Assembly: GCA_902798755.1 (NCBI GenBank)
Contig: CADBYC010000004.1
Span: 72,135 to 136,134 of the forward strand
DNA: 64,000 nt
Reading direction: 5' to 3'
Origin: an uncultured Ruminococcus sp.
GTDB lineage: Bacteria; Bacillota; Clostridia; Oscillospirales; Acutalibacteraceae
Program-made: the position numbers and the translations under genes
Shown: one piece after another, positions 1-9,097 of the stretch
Layout of the letters: each line of letters starts with the position of its first letter
How positions within the stretch are numbered: position 1 is the first letter of the stretch
Notes under the pieces: model-generated
Told to the model about the DNA's origin: nothing
The model's input: only the letters and a program-made list of their open reading frames with translations
The model's database searches: none

Positions 1-1000
1 AGTGCTCCTGACCACCGGTATTATCAGGCTTTGTTCCGTCAATAAATTTAATTGTTTCCATCTCGGCGAAGTTACTCTCGATATCGATATCAATCGAAAT
101 CTTCTTGCCGATATACTTATCGCTGTTCCCCATCGTGCCTTCGAGCCAAACGACCAAAGTAACAGGCAGATTCTGACCGCCGGGGATCGTGAACAGCGGG
201 TGCTTACCGTAATAATAGGAAGCAAAAGAATCCGCGTTCGTATGCTGTGTTGTAGGAACGCCGTTATCATCAATCAATGTGACCGCGTCGGAGTTTTCGA
301 CGTAATCGGTAACCTGCGCCGAGGGATCGATCACGATCGGAGTCTTGGCGCTGTCAAAGATAAACGCCAGACGGATCGGACAATCATCAGGCGGGAGTTT
401 TTGACTTTGAGGAACACCGCTTGCGTTATAGTTAATCTCGAGCTGATCTTCATATACGCCGTTAACTTCCGTATTTACATTTCCGGATGTACCGTTGGAA
501 ACCTCGATCTTATAACTCTTTATGTAAACCGGAGTATTACCGGAGGTACCCTTTAATACAAAATCCTTGTAGATATAATGACCTTTCAAATCAGGACTAT
601 CAACATACCGCTGAGCTGTTTCATCGCCAAGAATCCTGTCACCGGCGTTTGCCTCACGGAAGAACATCTCAGACGTAGTAGTGGTGAATGAGGCGCCGAG
701 CGGAAAATAGATATTTCTTCCATCTACGCTGGATGCTTCATCAATGATCGCATCATCGATATGGATGATATTGCCGACTGCTTTATCCTTATTGATACGC
801 AGTGAGGAAGCTGACTGGAACTCTAACTCTTCAGAATGAATCTCCGCCGCTTGCCGCTCCCAGAACCACGCAAAAGTGGATGTAACACTCAGTATAATGA
901 CAAGGAAAAGTGAAACATATGATCTGGCGAGCCTTTTTCCGATTTTACCCCAGCCAAATGTTTTGACAGCCAGCGCTTTGAGAAAAGCTCTTACATTCAT
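1..1000 (-). CDS. SipW-type signal peptide surface/fibre protein (partial, runs off left edge; missing from ORF track)
   Basis: Manual translation from ATG at 1000 (RBS GGAGGTG): MNVRAFLKALAVKTFGWGKIGKRLARSYVSLFLVIILSVTSTFAWFWER...CPIRLAFI...VTLVVWLEGTMGNSDKYIGKKISIDIDIES..., open to the window edge; TFAWF motif and WLEG motif shared with neighbours. Confidence 0.85.
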   Translation of the reverse strand, partial: MNVRAFLKALAVKTFGWGKIGKRLARSYVSLFLVIILSVTSTFAWFWERQAAEIHSEELEFQSASSLRINKDKAVGNIIHIDDAIIDEASSVDGRNIYFPLGASFTTTTSEMFFREANAGDRILGDETAQRYVDSPDLKGHYIYKDFVLKGTSGNTPVYIKSYKIEVSNGTSGNVNTEVNGVYEDQLEINYNASGVPQSQKLPPDDCPIRLAFIFDSAKTPIVIDPSAQVTDYVENSDAVTLIDDNGVPTTQHTNADSFASYYYGKHPLFTIPGGQNLPVTLVVWLEGTMGNSDKYIGKKISIDIDIESNFAEMETIKFIDGTKPDNTGGQEH

Positions 1001-1054
1001 GATGTTTCACCTCCGTTTCATTTGTGTTGGTCTAATTTACGATTATTTTGCGTA

Positions 1055-2209
1055 TCAATCCGAATTAATGATATCAAAGGAAAGATTCATGACAAACTTG
1101 CCTCCGACCATTTTTAAACGGGCTTCTGCGTCCTCGCCCTCCATCCAGAGATTGACACGCACATGGCCGTAATAATAGCCGTCGTCCGAGATTTCGTCGT
1201 TATTATCATCAACCGTCTGATTAAGGGTGACAAGGGACACGCCGTCATCACCGATATTGTAGTGATCTCTGAACTTATAATCATTGTAATCGCTGGCAAC
1301 GACCTTGCCTTCGGCATTTGAGTCGCCGGAATTGATCACAGCAGACTGCTTGGCGGCAGTATAGTACGCATGATTGTTGGTGCCCTCGTTTGTAGTTGTA
1401 ATTGCGTTTCCGTCAGAGGTAGCGTGGCCTTTTCCATTATAGCCGTTTCCTGAAAGACCTGTATACAGACGTTCATCGATGCCACTATACCAAACATTCG
1501 GAGCGGGAATCCACAGGACTTGGCGTTGATTGCTGGCATTCAGGATCGACAGTCTGACCGCGCCGATCGCAGCCGGCTTGATCGCTTCTTCATTTGCGTC
1601 ATCGGTTACATCATAATACTCAGGTGTGGTACGAGAGAGATTTTCACCATTCACCGGCGTAATACTGGACTCATTTGTCAGCTGTACGCTGCGGTTCGGC
1701 GTTTTACAGCGAAAATACATATCAAACGACATATAGTTTTCGTTCGCCTCAGCCGTTTCGAAATCGATACTGGTATCAACATAAGCGATATTGCCAAACT
1801 GCATCAGCCTTGGAATATTGAAGGTTTTTCCGTCACTGGTTGTTTCACACAGGAAAAGATCTTCTAAAAATCTGAACTCCGCGTCGTCAGTATCCATCGT
1901 AAGCTCACCGATATGCCACGACTTTGGCTCATTCGGATGATTCGTGTTATAGTTAGTTATCCAAGTGTTAATGTCAGAATACTGGTCAACCTGAGTACCG
2001 TCGAGGTTGTTCTTAGCAGGTACTATAAAATACTCCAACGCTTCCGAAACTTTTGTTTTAGCTGTCATATAGTTTGCATCCGCGGTAGTCGTTTTAGAAA
2101 ACCACGAAAAAGCTCCCACAATAGCAACGACTGCGAGCACTACCAAAATTATTAAATTTTTAGTAATTAATTTCCGAGTTTTTACCCTCAGTTCTTCGCT
2201 CTTTTTCAT
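1055..2209 (-). CDS. SipW-type signal peptide protein, putative minor fibre subunit
   Basis: Basic N-terminus, hydrophobic helix, AFSWF motif; AVRLSIL, LWIP and C-terminal VNLWMEGEDAEARLKMVGG motifs shared with paralogues. Confidence 0.8.
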   Translation of the reverse strand: MKKSEELRVKTRKLITKNLIILVVLAVVAIVGAFSWFSKTTTADANYMTAKTKVSEALEYFIVPAKNNLDGTQVDQYSDINTWITNYNTNHPNEPKSWHIGELTMDTDDAEFRFLEDLFLCETTSDGKTFNIPRLMQFGNIAYVDTSIDFETAEANENYMSFDMYFRCKTPNRSVQLTNESSITPVNGENLSRTTPEYYDVTDDANEEAIKPAAIGAVRLSILNASNQRQVLWIPAPNVWYSGIDERLYTGLSGNGYNGKGHATSDGNAITTTNEGTNNHAYYTAAKQSAVINSGDSNAEGKVVASDYNDYKFRDHYNIGDDGVSLVTLNQTVDDNNDEISDDGYYYGHVRVNLWMEGEDAEARLKMVGGKFVMNLSFDIINSD

Positions 2210-2284
2210 TGCAAACCTCTGTCAAATTGCTTTAGCGGAAAGCTCAGTGAATACACGGCAGATACAGTGGTAGGATCTTATCGT

Positions 2285-4711
2285 TTATTTATAATCGTTA
2301 GCTTCGGGAAGATTCAGCAACGCCTGAGGCTTATCATCAACCAGAACGCGCGCTTTCTTAACGAATTTCTTCGCTTTCTTGGTAGCTTCGGCAAGTTTCG
2401 CATCGTAATCCTTCCGGATCGCTTTCTTCTCGGCATTCAGGCGGATGGTGTACTTCTGATCATCCGTGAAGGTACACGCAGCGATCTTCTCACTCTCAAG
2501 GGATTCGATCTTCTGCTCATATTTCGCCTTGAGCTCAGCGATCTGATCCTCATACTTTGAACGGATTGCTTTGATCTCAGCCTGTTTCGTGAGCTCAGCA
2601 GTTTCAAGCTGTGCGTTCAAATCCGCTATCTGCTCGTCACGGAATCTCATGGCGGCGATCTGCGTCTGCAGGGAGTTGTTCAATGCAACGTTCTTGGTTT
2701 CGATCTGAGCGACCTGCTCGCGGGCGGACATAATATCACGTTTTGCCTGAGCTTCTACCGCGTCGACGCCGTCGATACGCTCACTCAATGCGGATTTTTC
2801 ATCTCTAAGTGTGGAGATGATCGCGTCTTTCGCGGAGATCGTGTTGAGATGAACCCTGATCTGGTGCTCGAGTTCTTTCTTCTCGCTGTTCTTTTCTTCT
2901 ATTGTATTATTGAGAGATTTCATTTCTCTCTCAAAGTTGGAATACTTTTCTACCGCGTCATCATAATCGCTTTTGAGCAGGTTATACTTGCCGGTGAGCT
3001 TCTCGTTCGCTGCGTTTGCGGCTGACAGGGACGCAGCCTTTGCGGCGATATCGTCAGACTGCTCGGCAATCGTGCGCTTGTTCTGATCGATCTCCATTTT
3101 CAGATCGGAGTTCTCAGCGCTTAAGCTGCCGACGGTATTGGTCAGCGTACCGACCTGTGTATTCAACTTGCCGATCTCGCCCTGCTGTTCAGCGATAGTC
3201 GCGTCACGCTCAGCAATCGTCTGCTTCTGCTCGGCGATAATGCCGTTAAGCTCTTCGATACGCGTCTTCAAGCCAACGATCTCTGCATTGAGCTGTTCAA
3301 TATGGACGTTAAGCTCGGCGATCTTGCCTTCGAGAGCGGAGATGGTAGCCAAATGCGCCGCTACCAGAGCCTCTAACTCGCGAATTTTTGCTTCAAGCTC
3401 TGCGATCTTTGCTTCGAGCTCTGCAATATGTGCCTTGAGTTCTTCGACCTCTTTCTCGAGATCCATGATGCGGATCTGCGCCTTGCGGAGTTCTTCGCGT
3501 GTATTCTCGAGTTCTTTCTTTAACGCAGCAATAACAGATTCCAGTTCCTTGATCTTGATATTGCGGATACGGATCTGCTCTTTTGCCTGCTCAAGTTCAG
3601 CCGTCAGCTTGGAGATAATGGCCTCGCGCTCACGGACTTCCTTTAAGCGGAGTGCCATCTCCTCGCGGCGTACCTCGTAGATTTTATTTTCGATATAGCG
3701 CTGCATTTCCTCCTCAGGCTTATTTGCCTCGGCGGCGCGGCGCTCATTTTCCGCCTCATACTCAGCGTGTAACTTCTCACGCAAAGCAGTATTGGTGCTG
3801 ATCGTAGCGACGAAATGCTGGAATGCCATGACATCGTACATATCCTTCTGGACTTCCTTGGGCATTTCGCCTTCGAACACGTTCTTTTCCAGAACGTAGC
3901 CGGATTTGCGATAGCCTTCGATAAACACCCACAGATCATAACACTGTTTGAAAGCGGGATCCTGCTTGATGCAGTTGGTTTTATTAATGGGAGACTTGAC
4001 CGCGATACAGCCCTTGAGCGACTTGATCAGCTCAGTGCCGACAAAATCATCCAGCTTCATGCGGATACGCTCGATACGCTCATAGTCGGTCAGACCGGAA
4101 AGATCCTCGTCGCGGTCGACCTTGTCGCGTTCATGCTTTTCAGCGTGATGATCAAGATTAAAGCCGAACATCTGATTATCGACACGGATCTCACGATCCA
4201 TATGTATCTTACTGGAAGAATCGTTAGGAGCGTCCTGCAGTGCGCGGAAACGCTGCTCGACAAACGCGATCGTCTTAAAAATCAAAGTGTGGAGAAAACG
4301 GTTTTCATAGGTTGCGAAGCTGTCCTCGCGGTGCGTGTTCAGCAGTCGCTCGGGAATAACGCTGCCGTCAGGCTCGATCGCCATAATCAAGTTAGCGTGT
4401 TGGGTCAAATGCTGAACTGCGTCCTTACCAACCTGCTTGACCTTATCGATACGGTCGACCTCTTTGTGCTCTTCGATAAATTTGCGCTGTTCCTCGATCG
4501 CTTTCTCGATATAGGGCAGCTTGCCCTCGATCATCTCGACCCATTCCATGTCGATAACACGGTTATACGCGTTACCTGAGAGCTCATCGTTGCCTTTATC
4601 GGCATCCGCCATGGCAGAAATCAGATATTCGCGCGCATAGTCGCCGTCAAGGGTATCTTTCATTTCGGCATATGCTCGATAGTATCGGCTGTAATCAATC
4701 ATGGGGCTCAC
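2285..4711 (-). CDS. DUF2357 (McrC-like N-terminal domain) protein fused to a long coiled coil
   Basis: N-terminal WVEMIE...IPERLLNTHREDSFATYENRFLHTLI...PINKTNCIKQDPAFKQCYDLW resembles DUF2357; from about residue 310 to the end it is heptad-rich (IAELEAKIAELEAKIRELEA); no PD-(D/E)xK nuclease motif seen. Confidence 0.75.
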   Translation of the reverse strand: MSPMIDYSRYYRAYAEMKDTLDGDYAREYLISAMADADKGNDELSGNAYNRVIDMEWVEMIEGKLPYIEKAIEEQRKFIEEHKEVDRIDKVKQVGKDAVQHLTQHANLIMAIEPDGSVIPERLLNTHREDSFATYENRFLHTLIFKTIAFVEQRFRALQDAPNDSSSKIHMDREIRVDNQMFGFNLDHHAEKHERDKVDRDEDLSGLTDYERIERIRMKLDDFVGTELIKSLKGCIAVKSPINKTNCIKQDPAFKQCYDLWVFIEGYRKSGYVLEKNVFEGEMPKEVQKDMYDVMAFQHFVATISTNTALREKLHAEYEAENERRAAEANKPEEEMQRYIENKIYEVRREEMALRLKEVREREAIISKLTAELEQAKEQIRIRNIKIKELESVIAALKKELENTREELRKAQIRIMDLEKEVEELKAHIAELEAKIAELEAKIRELEALVAAHLATISALEGKIAELNVHIEQLNAEIVGLKTRIEELNGIIAEQKQTIAERDATIAEQQGEIGKLNTQVGTLTNTVGSLSAENSDLKMEIDQNKRTIAEQSDDIAAKAASLSAANAANEKLTGKYNLLKSDYDDAVEKYSNFEREMKSLNNTIEEKNSEKKELEHQIRVHLNTISAKDAIISTLRDEKSALSERIDGVDAVEAQAKRDIMSAREQVAQIETKNVALNNSLQTQIAAMRFRDEQIADLNAQLETAELTKQAEIKAIRSKYEDQIAELKAKYEQKIESLESEKIAACTFTDDQKYTIRLNAEKKAIRKDYDAKLAEATKKAKKFVKKARVLVDDKPQALLNLPEANDYK

Positions 4712-4748
4712 TCCTTTATGTCAGGATCGGTTGATATGTTAATCGGTT

Positions 4749-4783
4749 GAGATTGCCACGGCTCTAATGAGCCTCGCAATGAC
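4749..4783. repeat. REP-like palindrome (GAGATTGCCAC...CTCGCAATGAC type)
   Basis: gagattgccacggctctaatgagcctcgcaatgac, a hairpin of a common intergenic repeat type; related remnant near 30947-30969. Confidence 0.55.
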
Positions 4784-4797
4784 AATTGGTATAGTTA

Positions 4798-6333
4798 TCA
4801 GGTCATCTTCTGGAGCATACGGACATACTCTTTACATTCGTTCATGTTCTCACGTCCGAAGAGCTGATCGAGCTGCTGGACAAGATCGTCGATCTCGTCG
4901 CGGATATAAGAGATATTCAGTGCTTCAAACTTACGGAATACCTTCTTGCACAGCGCGTAGTCGATACCGTCGATCTCAGTACCGCCGCAGCCAACGAAAG
5001 CGGGTACGAAGGAGTTGATCTGTTTCATGACACGGTTACCGAAAGCGACACGGAAATGCTCGATAACATAGTCGTCGAGGATCTCGATCTTCTTCAGATT
5101 CTCTTCGCTGATGGGGTTAGCCGCTACAGCATCTTCAAGCAGCTTTGTAAAGTGTCTGTAGTTGATATGACACGGCGGTGTGTCGGGGGCGTCGAACGGC
5201 TTACCCTTGGTGTTGATATCGATGGGCATCGCACGGTCGTAAACCTTATCGGTGATAGCGAAGGTGGAGTCGTCGTTGTTCGCGGTACCGACGTACCAGA
5301 TGTTGTCGGGGATGGTCAGCTTGCCATGATCGAGGTGCTTCGGATCATCCGGCCACGGAGCCGCTACGATCTCTACGATCCACTCGTCGTGAGCGGGCAT
5401 TTCGAGGATGGACAGCATCTCAGCGAAGTAATACTCGACACGGGCGATGTTCATCTCATCGAGGATGACAACGTAGACGTTTTCGTTATAGGAAGCTTCG
5501 TACAGAGCACGGAGCAGTTCAGTTTCGTTATATCTCTTGGTAAATTCGTTGTAGTAGCCGAACAGCTCGGTACGGTCACGCCAGGAAGGCTGTACGGAAG
5601 CGATAACGGCGGGGTTGCAGACATATTTACCAAATGCGTAAGGCAGTGAGGTTTTACCGGTACCGGAGATACCTTGCAGGATTGTCAGACGACCGGAAGC
5701 AAAGCCTGCGACAAAGCAGCGGAGCAGCTTGATCTCATACCAGTAATGCATTCTCGAACAAGCAAAGTTGCGGAAATTGGTAACGAATTCGGGAAGAGTG
5801 ACGTCCCAATCGTAGGGCTCGGGCTCGTAATCCGCCCACTCTTCGTCGATGGTGACCAGCTTGTTGAAGCGGCCGGTAGCCTCTTCTTCCTCTTCGCCCT
5901 CGGCGTTGAGCGTCTCGAGCTCTTCGCCTGTCAGCTCCGCGATCTCGTTCGGGTTCAGACCGATCTGAGAAACCTTCATAGAGAGGATCTTATCCTTCTC
6001 GAGATTCAGACGCATAACTTCTTTATTCAGCGCGTTGACTTCATTGACGAGGTCATTGGTATCCTGAGCCTTCTTCTTGAACTTCGTGAGTTTCATGATA
6101 CCCTTCACGATGAAGAAGATGATCAAGCCGAATACAGCGGCGAGCAGCAGCATGGCTACGATCGCGATGACCCACGCGACGCCCTTACCGAGTTCACCCT
6201 GACCGGTGAAATTTTGGATGATATCGTAGTAAGCTTTGAAATTAAAAGCCTGCAGCATATCGACGATTCCCTTGAAGAAAGAGCCGAAGAACTGCTTTAA
6301 AAACTCGAATAAGAATTTAAAGATAGTATCCAT
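4798..6333 (-). CDS. Membrane-anchored McrB-like AAA+ NTPase (probable GTPase)
   Basis: Walker A GISGTGKT, Walker B VVILDEMN, ARVEYYFAEMLSILE, McrB-type NxxD in GTANNDDSTFAITDKVYDRA; N-terminal amphipathic helix, TM helix (VAWVIAIVAMLLLAAVFGLIIFFIV) and short coiled coil. Confidence 0.85.
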   Translation of the reverse strand: MDTIFKFLFEFLKQFFGSFFKGIVDMLQAFNFKAYYDIIQNFTGQGELGKGVAWVIAIVAMLLLAAVFGLIIFFIVKGIMKLTKFKKKAQDTNDLVNEVNALNKEVMRLNLEKDKILSMKVSQIGLNPNEIAELTGEELETLNAEGEEEEEATGRFNKLVTIDEEWADYEPEPYDWDVTLPEFVTNFRNFACSRMHYWYEIKLLRCFVAGFASGRLTILQGISGTGKTSLPYAFGKYVCNPAVIASVQPSWRDRTELFGYYNEFTKRYNETELLRALYEASYNENVYVVILDEMNIARVEYYFAEMLSILEMPAHDEWIVEIVAAPWPDDPKHLDHGKLTIPDNIWYVGTANNDDSTFAITDKVYDRAMPIDINTKGKPFDAPDTPPCHINYRHFTKLLEDAVAANPISEENLKKIEILDDYVIEHFRVAFGNRVMKQINSFVPAFVGCGGTEIDGIDYALCKKVFRKFEALNISYIRDEIDDLVQQLDQLFGRENMNECKEYVRMLQKMT

Positions 6334-6401
6334 ACTGTTCTACTCCTTGATGCTTATTTATTTCAATTGGATTATATACATAGGTATGAGCGCATACACC
6401 A

Positions 6402-6557
6402 AGCCTTCCCCTTGAGGGGAAGGTGTCGCCGACAACTTGTTGACGGTGACGGATGAGGTGGAAACATTTCAGTTTCGACCCGTGCATTGATGAATCGGAG
6501 GGGCTTCCACCTCATCCGCTTCACTTCGTTCAGCACCTTCCCCTCAAGGGGAAGGCT
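6402..6557. repeat. REPIN-like nested inverted repeat
   Basis: Perfect 24-bp IR agccttccccttgaggggaaggtg (6402-6425) / caccttcccctcaaggggaaggct (6534-6557), inner IR cggatgaggtggaa / ttccacctcatccg. Confidence 0.85.
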
Positions 6558-6561
6558 GAAA

Positions 6562-7527
6562 TTACAGCTCCTCGTCAGCAACATTAAAGAACCACATCAG
6601 CTTGACATATCCGCCGCGGATGACGTCCAGACACTCAGGATCTTCGCCTTCGATCCACATGACGATCGTGTACTTATCGGTCGCGCCGGGTTCAAGGCCG
6701 TCGATCTCGGTATTGAATACCGTCTTGCTGTCGACAAAGGGCTGGATCTCGATCGCTTCATCGGTATGAGCGACAAGCTCCTTGTTCTGGGGCTTGTCAG
6801 CCGCCGCCTCGATCTCTTCTTTGGTAGGCGGTGTGTAATTCTCGGGAATATCCTTTTTGAATATCTGTTCAAATGCTTCGGGCTTGCCGTCAGAGGAGGT
6901 CAAGCCTCGGTTTTCCTTTGCGAACACCTCAGGCTCGCCGTTCTTATAAATCATCACGCGACAGGCTTCGTCAGCGTCCTTAGCCGCCTTGACCGCCTGA
7001 AGCTGGCTTTGATAAGTCAGTGTCTCTTTACCGTTGTTTGTCAAGAAGAAAGTATATGCGAGATAGTTTCTGCCGTTATGAGAACCGGTCGCCTCAAGGT
7101 CGAGGGTCGCGGGCAGCCAGTCATATGTAATGTTGGTGACTTCTTTTACCATATTAGCGCTCAGCTTGAAAGTAGCGCCGCTGTCTTCACCGTCACTAAG
7201 CGTTGCAGGATCCTTTTCAGAAATGGAAATACCCTTTTTCGCCGCGTCGGAGTCAACAGTGATGACCAGATCACCGATCGTAGTCAAAAGCCACGTCATG
7301 ATCCAGATCAGGAACAAAACAAGCACGAGCGATACCAGCGCGATACCGGCTCGGCGCTTCCATCTGACCTGAGAAGCGAGATCTCTCGCGTCGCGTTTCG
7401 CGCGGTTACGCTGAAAAATACCCTCTTTTTGGCGCTGTAACTGGACGTCTTTTTCACCCTTTACTTCTAACCGTTCGAGCTGTTCAGGAGAGAAAGGCTC
7501 TTCGATGTTTTTCGGTTTTCTGCTCAA
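6562..7527 (-). CDS. Membrane-anchored paralogue of the fibre subunits (putative anchor/initiator)
   Basis: About 60 aa charged cytoplasmic N-terminus, single TM, no clear AWF cleavage motif (IMTWLL); NYLAYTFFLTN, EACRVMIY and VMWIEGEDPECLDVIRGG motifs. Confidence 0.75.
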   Translation of the reverse strand: MSRKPKNIEEPFSPEQLERLEVKGEKDVQLQRQKEGIFQRNRAKRDARDLASQVRWKRRAGIALVSLVLVLFLIWIMTWLLTTIGDLVITVDSDAAKKGISISEKDPATLSDGEDSGATFKLSANMVKEVTNITYDWLPATLDLEATGSHNGRNYLAYTFFLTNNGKETLTYQSQLQAVKAAKDADEACRVMIYKNGEPEVFAKENRGLTSSDGKPEAFEQIFKKDIPENYTPPTKEEIEAAADKPQNKELVAHTDEAIEIQPFVDSKTVFNTEIDGLEPGATDKYTIVMWIEGEDPECLDVIRGGYVKLMWFFNVADEEL

Positions 7528-7579
7528 TTACAACAGCTCCTTTGTCTGGATTTAGCTCCCTTTATTCAGGGAAACTGTA

Positions 7580-8473
7580 TCATTCTTCGGAATTATCGGG
7601 ATTCTCGGAACTCTCGATCTTTTCGTTATTGTCGGAATCCATCGTTTCCGGATCCTGCTTTTGTGACTCCATATACTGTTTGAGCTGTTCAAGCTGTTCG
7701 GGAGTCAGCATTTTTGAAAGATCCGAGCCTTTGTTATCGCTCGCCTGCTGTTCGGAGAGAGCCGCGGCGACAGCCGCCTTGACAGCCTCTTCCTTTTCTT
7801 CGTCTGCTTTGGCTTTTTTATAATTCATCGCGTTCATGACTACACGGATCAGCTCATACATAAAGAAGATGATCATCGGGAGAAGGACGACCAGGAAGAA
7901 GCCCTTCTGGCTCTGGAGGAAGTCAAGAACCGAACCTACGCCCTTTATGATCTTTCCCTCATAACCCTTGGTATAGTACACGGAGCGAATATCCATCGCG
8001 CTGATATAATACTCGGGCGCGGACTGGTCGGGTACGGAGGCGAACATGACGTTATCGCCCTTTGTCTGATATCTGACCGTTCCGTTCGCGTCGGTTATTT
8101 TATCCACGATTCTATGGACGATCAACATCTTATTTCCTGATTCGTCTTTCGTTTCAAAGGTAACGATATCTCCCAGATCATATTCGACACCGAACTCGTT
8201 GACCTCTTTAGCAATCATCAGGTCGCCTTTGGCAAAATCGCCGGAAGGGTATTCAGAAGAGCCGCCCTTCATTGAATCAGACTGGATAGGCTGGACGGTA
8301 TTGCCGAAAAATGAGGAAATGCCGTTCGCTCTTGACGTCAGCGCCATGGCGGCAATAATCAAAGATACGATCAACACGATCACGATCATGATATTGATCA
8401 GCGTATTCAGTATCTTCATGAATACTTTCTTTCCCTTAGACTGGGGTCTGTTCTGCGTTTTTTCGTTCTCCAT
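7580..8473 (-). CDS. sipW: Signal peptidase I, SipW/ER type (S26B)
   Basis: TM, then IQSDSM (catalytic Ser), GDLMI, GDIVTF, IVHRIV (catalytic His), YQTKGDN, second TM. Confidence 0.9.
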   Translation of the reverse strand: MENEKTQNRPQSKGKKVFMKILNTLINIMIVIVLIVSLIIAAMALTSRANGISSFFGNTVQPIQSDSMKGGSSEYPSGDFAKGDLMIAKEVNEFGVEYDLGDIVTFETKDESGNKMLIVHRIVDKITDANGTVRYQTKGDNVMFASVPDQSAPEYYISAMDIRSVYYTKGYEGKIIKGVGSVLDFLQSQKGFFLVVLLPMIIFFMYELIRVVMNAMNYKKAKADEEKEEAVKAAVAAALSEQQASDNKGSDLSKMLTPEQLEQLKQYMESQKQDPETMDSDNNEKIESSENPDNSEE

Positions 8474-8609
8474 TTACCTTTCTCCAAATCATAAATTATT
8501 TCTTATAGCAATAATCTCTATATATCTTAAATATATCGGGATATGCACAGATTAGTGCTATTGAAGCGGTTAGACCGCCTTCCCGCATTAACTATCGGAT
8601 AAGGAATCA

Positions 8610-8646
8610 TAGGGGCGTGATGGGCGAAACTGCCGTTCCGCCCCTA
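8610..8646. repeat. REP-like palindrome (TAGGGGCG...CGCCCCTA type)
   Basis: taggggcg (8610-8617) / cgccccta (8639-8646) with an internal small hairpin. Confidence 0.5.
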
Positions 8647-8963
8647 CACTCCATTTTCGCATAGTTCAAAACGTTTTGATCTCTGCCCCAAAGGAGCGAG
8701 AGACGAATGGACTGACTACTATAGGGGATCGCTCAAAGCTAAATACTTTTACTTAATACAGAATCATTATTCATTTTTCAATCTTAAGTTTTCAGTATTC
8801 ATTTCTTCCCCTCCTCCTTGTCAGACCGGAGGAGGCAAATCTTAACGACTCTTTACAAGCACTATCGAACGTCCGACGGCCGTCGCCGCGGGGCGACCGA
8901 CCGCTCATACAGAGCCGGGTTTTATCAGAAACAAGTACAAATCCCTCGCGGGAAATGTCCTAT

Positions 8964-8996
8964 GCGGCGCGGGCGTGTGTTTGCCACCCGCGCCGC
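8964..8996 (-). terminator. GC-rich hairpin downstream of the putative major subunit gene (terminator or mRNA stabiliser)
   Basis: gcggcgcggg / cccgcgccgc 10-bp stem; no U-run on the minus strand. Confidence 0.55.
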
Positions 8997-9097
8997 CGTT
9001 TATGATAATTTAACAGAGAAATCTCTTATACGGTGTTTAAAGCTTAAACGTCAGTAAAGAATAGCCTCAAATAAGTTAATCAGTAATAATACGCTGA

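Noticed and set aside
2285-6333. Classical McrBC restriction system
   Set aside because: No DNA-binding domain on the NTPase, no visible nuclease motif on the partner, no methyltransferase or defence-island context.
6372-6584. 70-aa ORF inside the fibre operon
   Set aside because: It is a translation of the inverted-repeat element.
6487-7440. Long antisense ORFs (also 3815-4579, 25901-26926, 40168-40953, 49995-51098, 57834-58709)
   Set aside because: Shadow frames of real genes caused by codon bias; no RBS or recognisable motifs.
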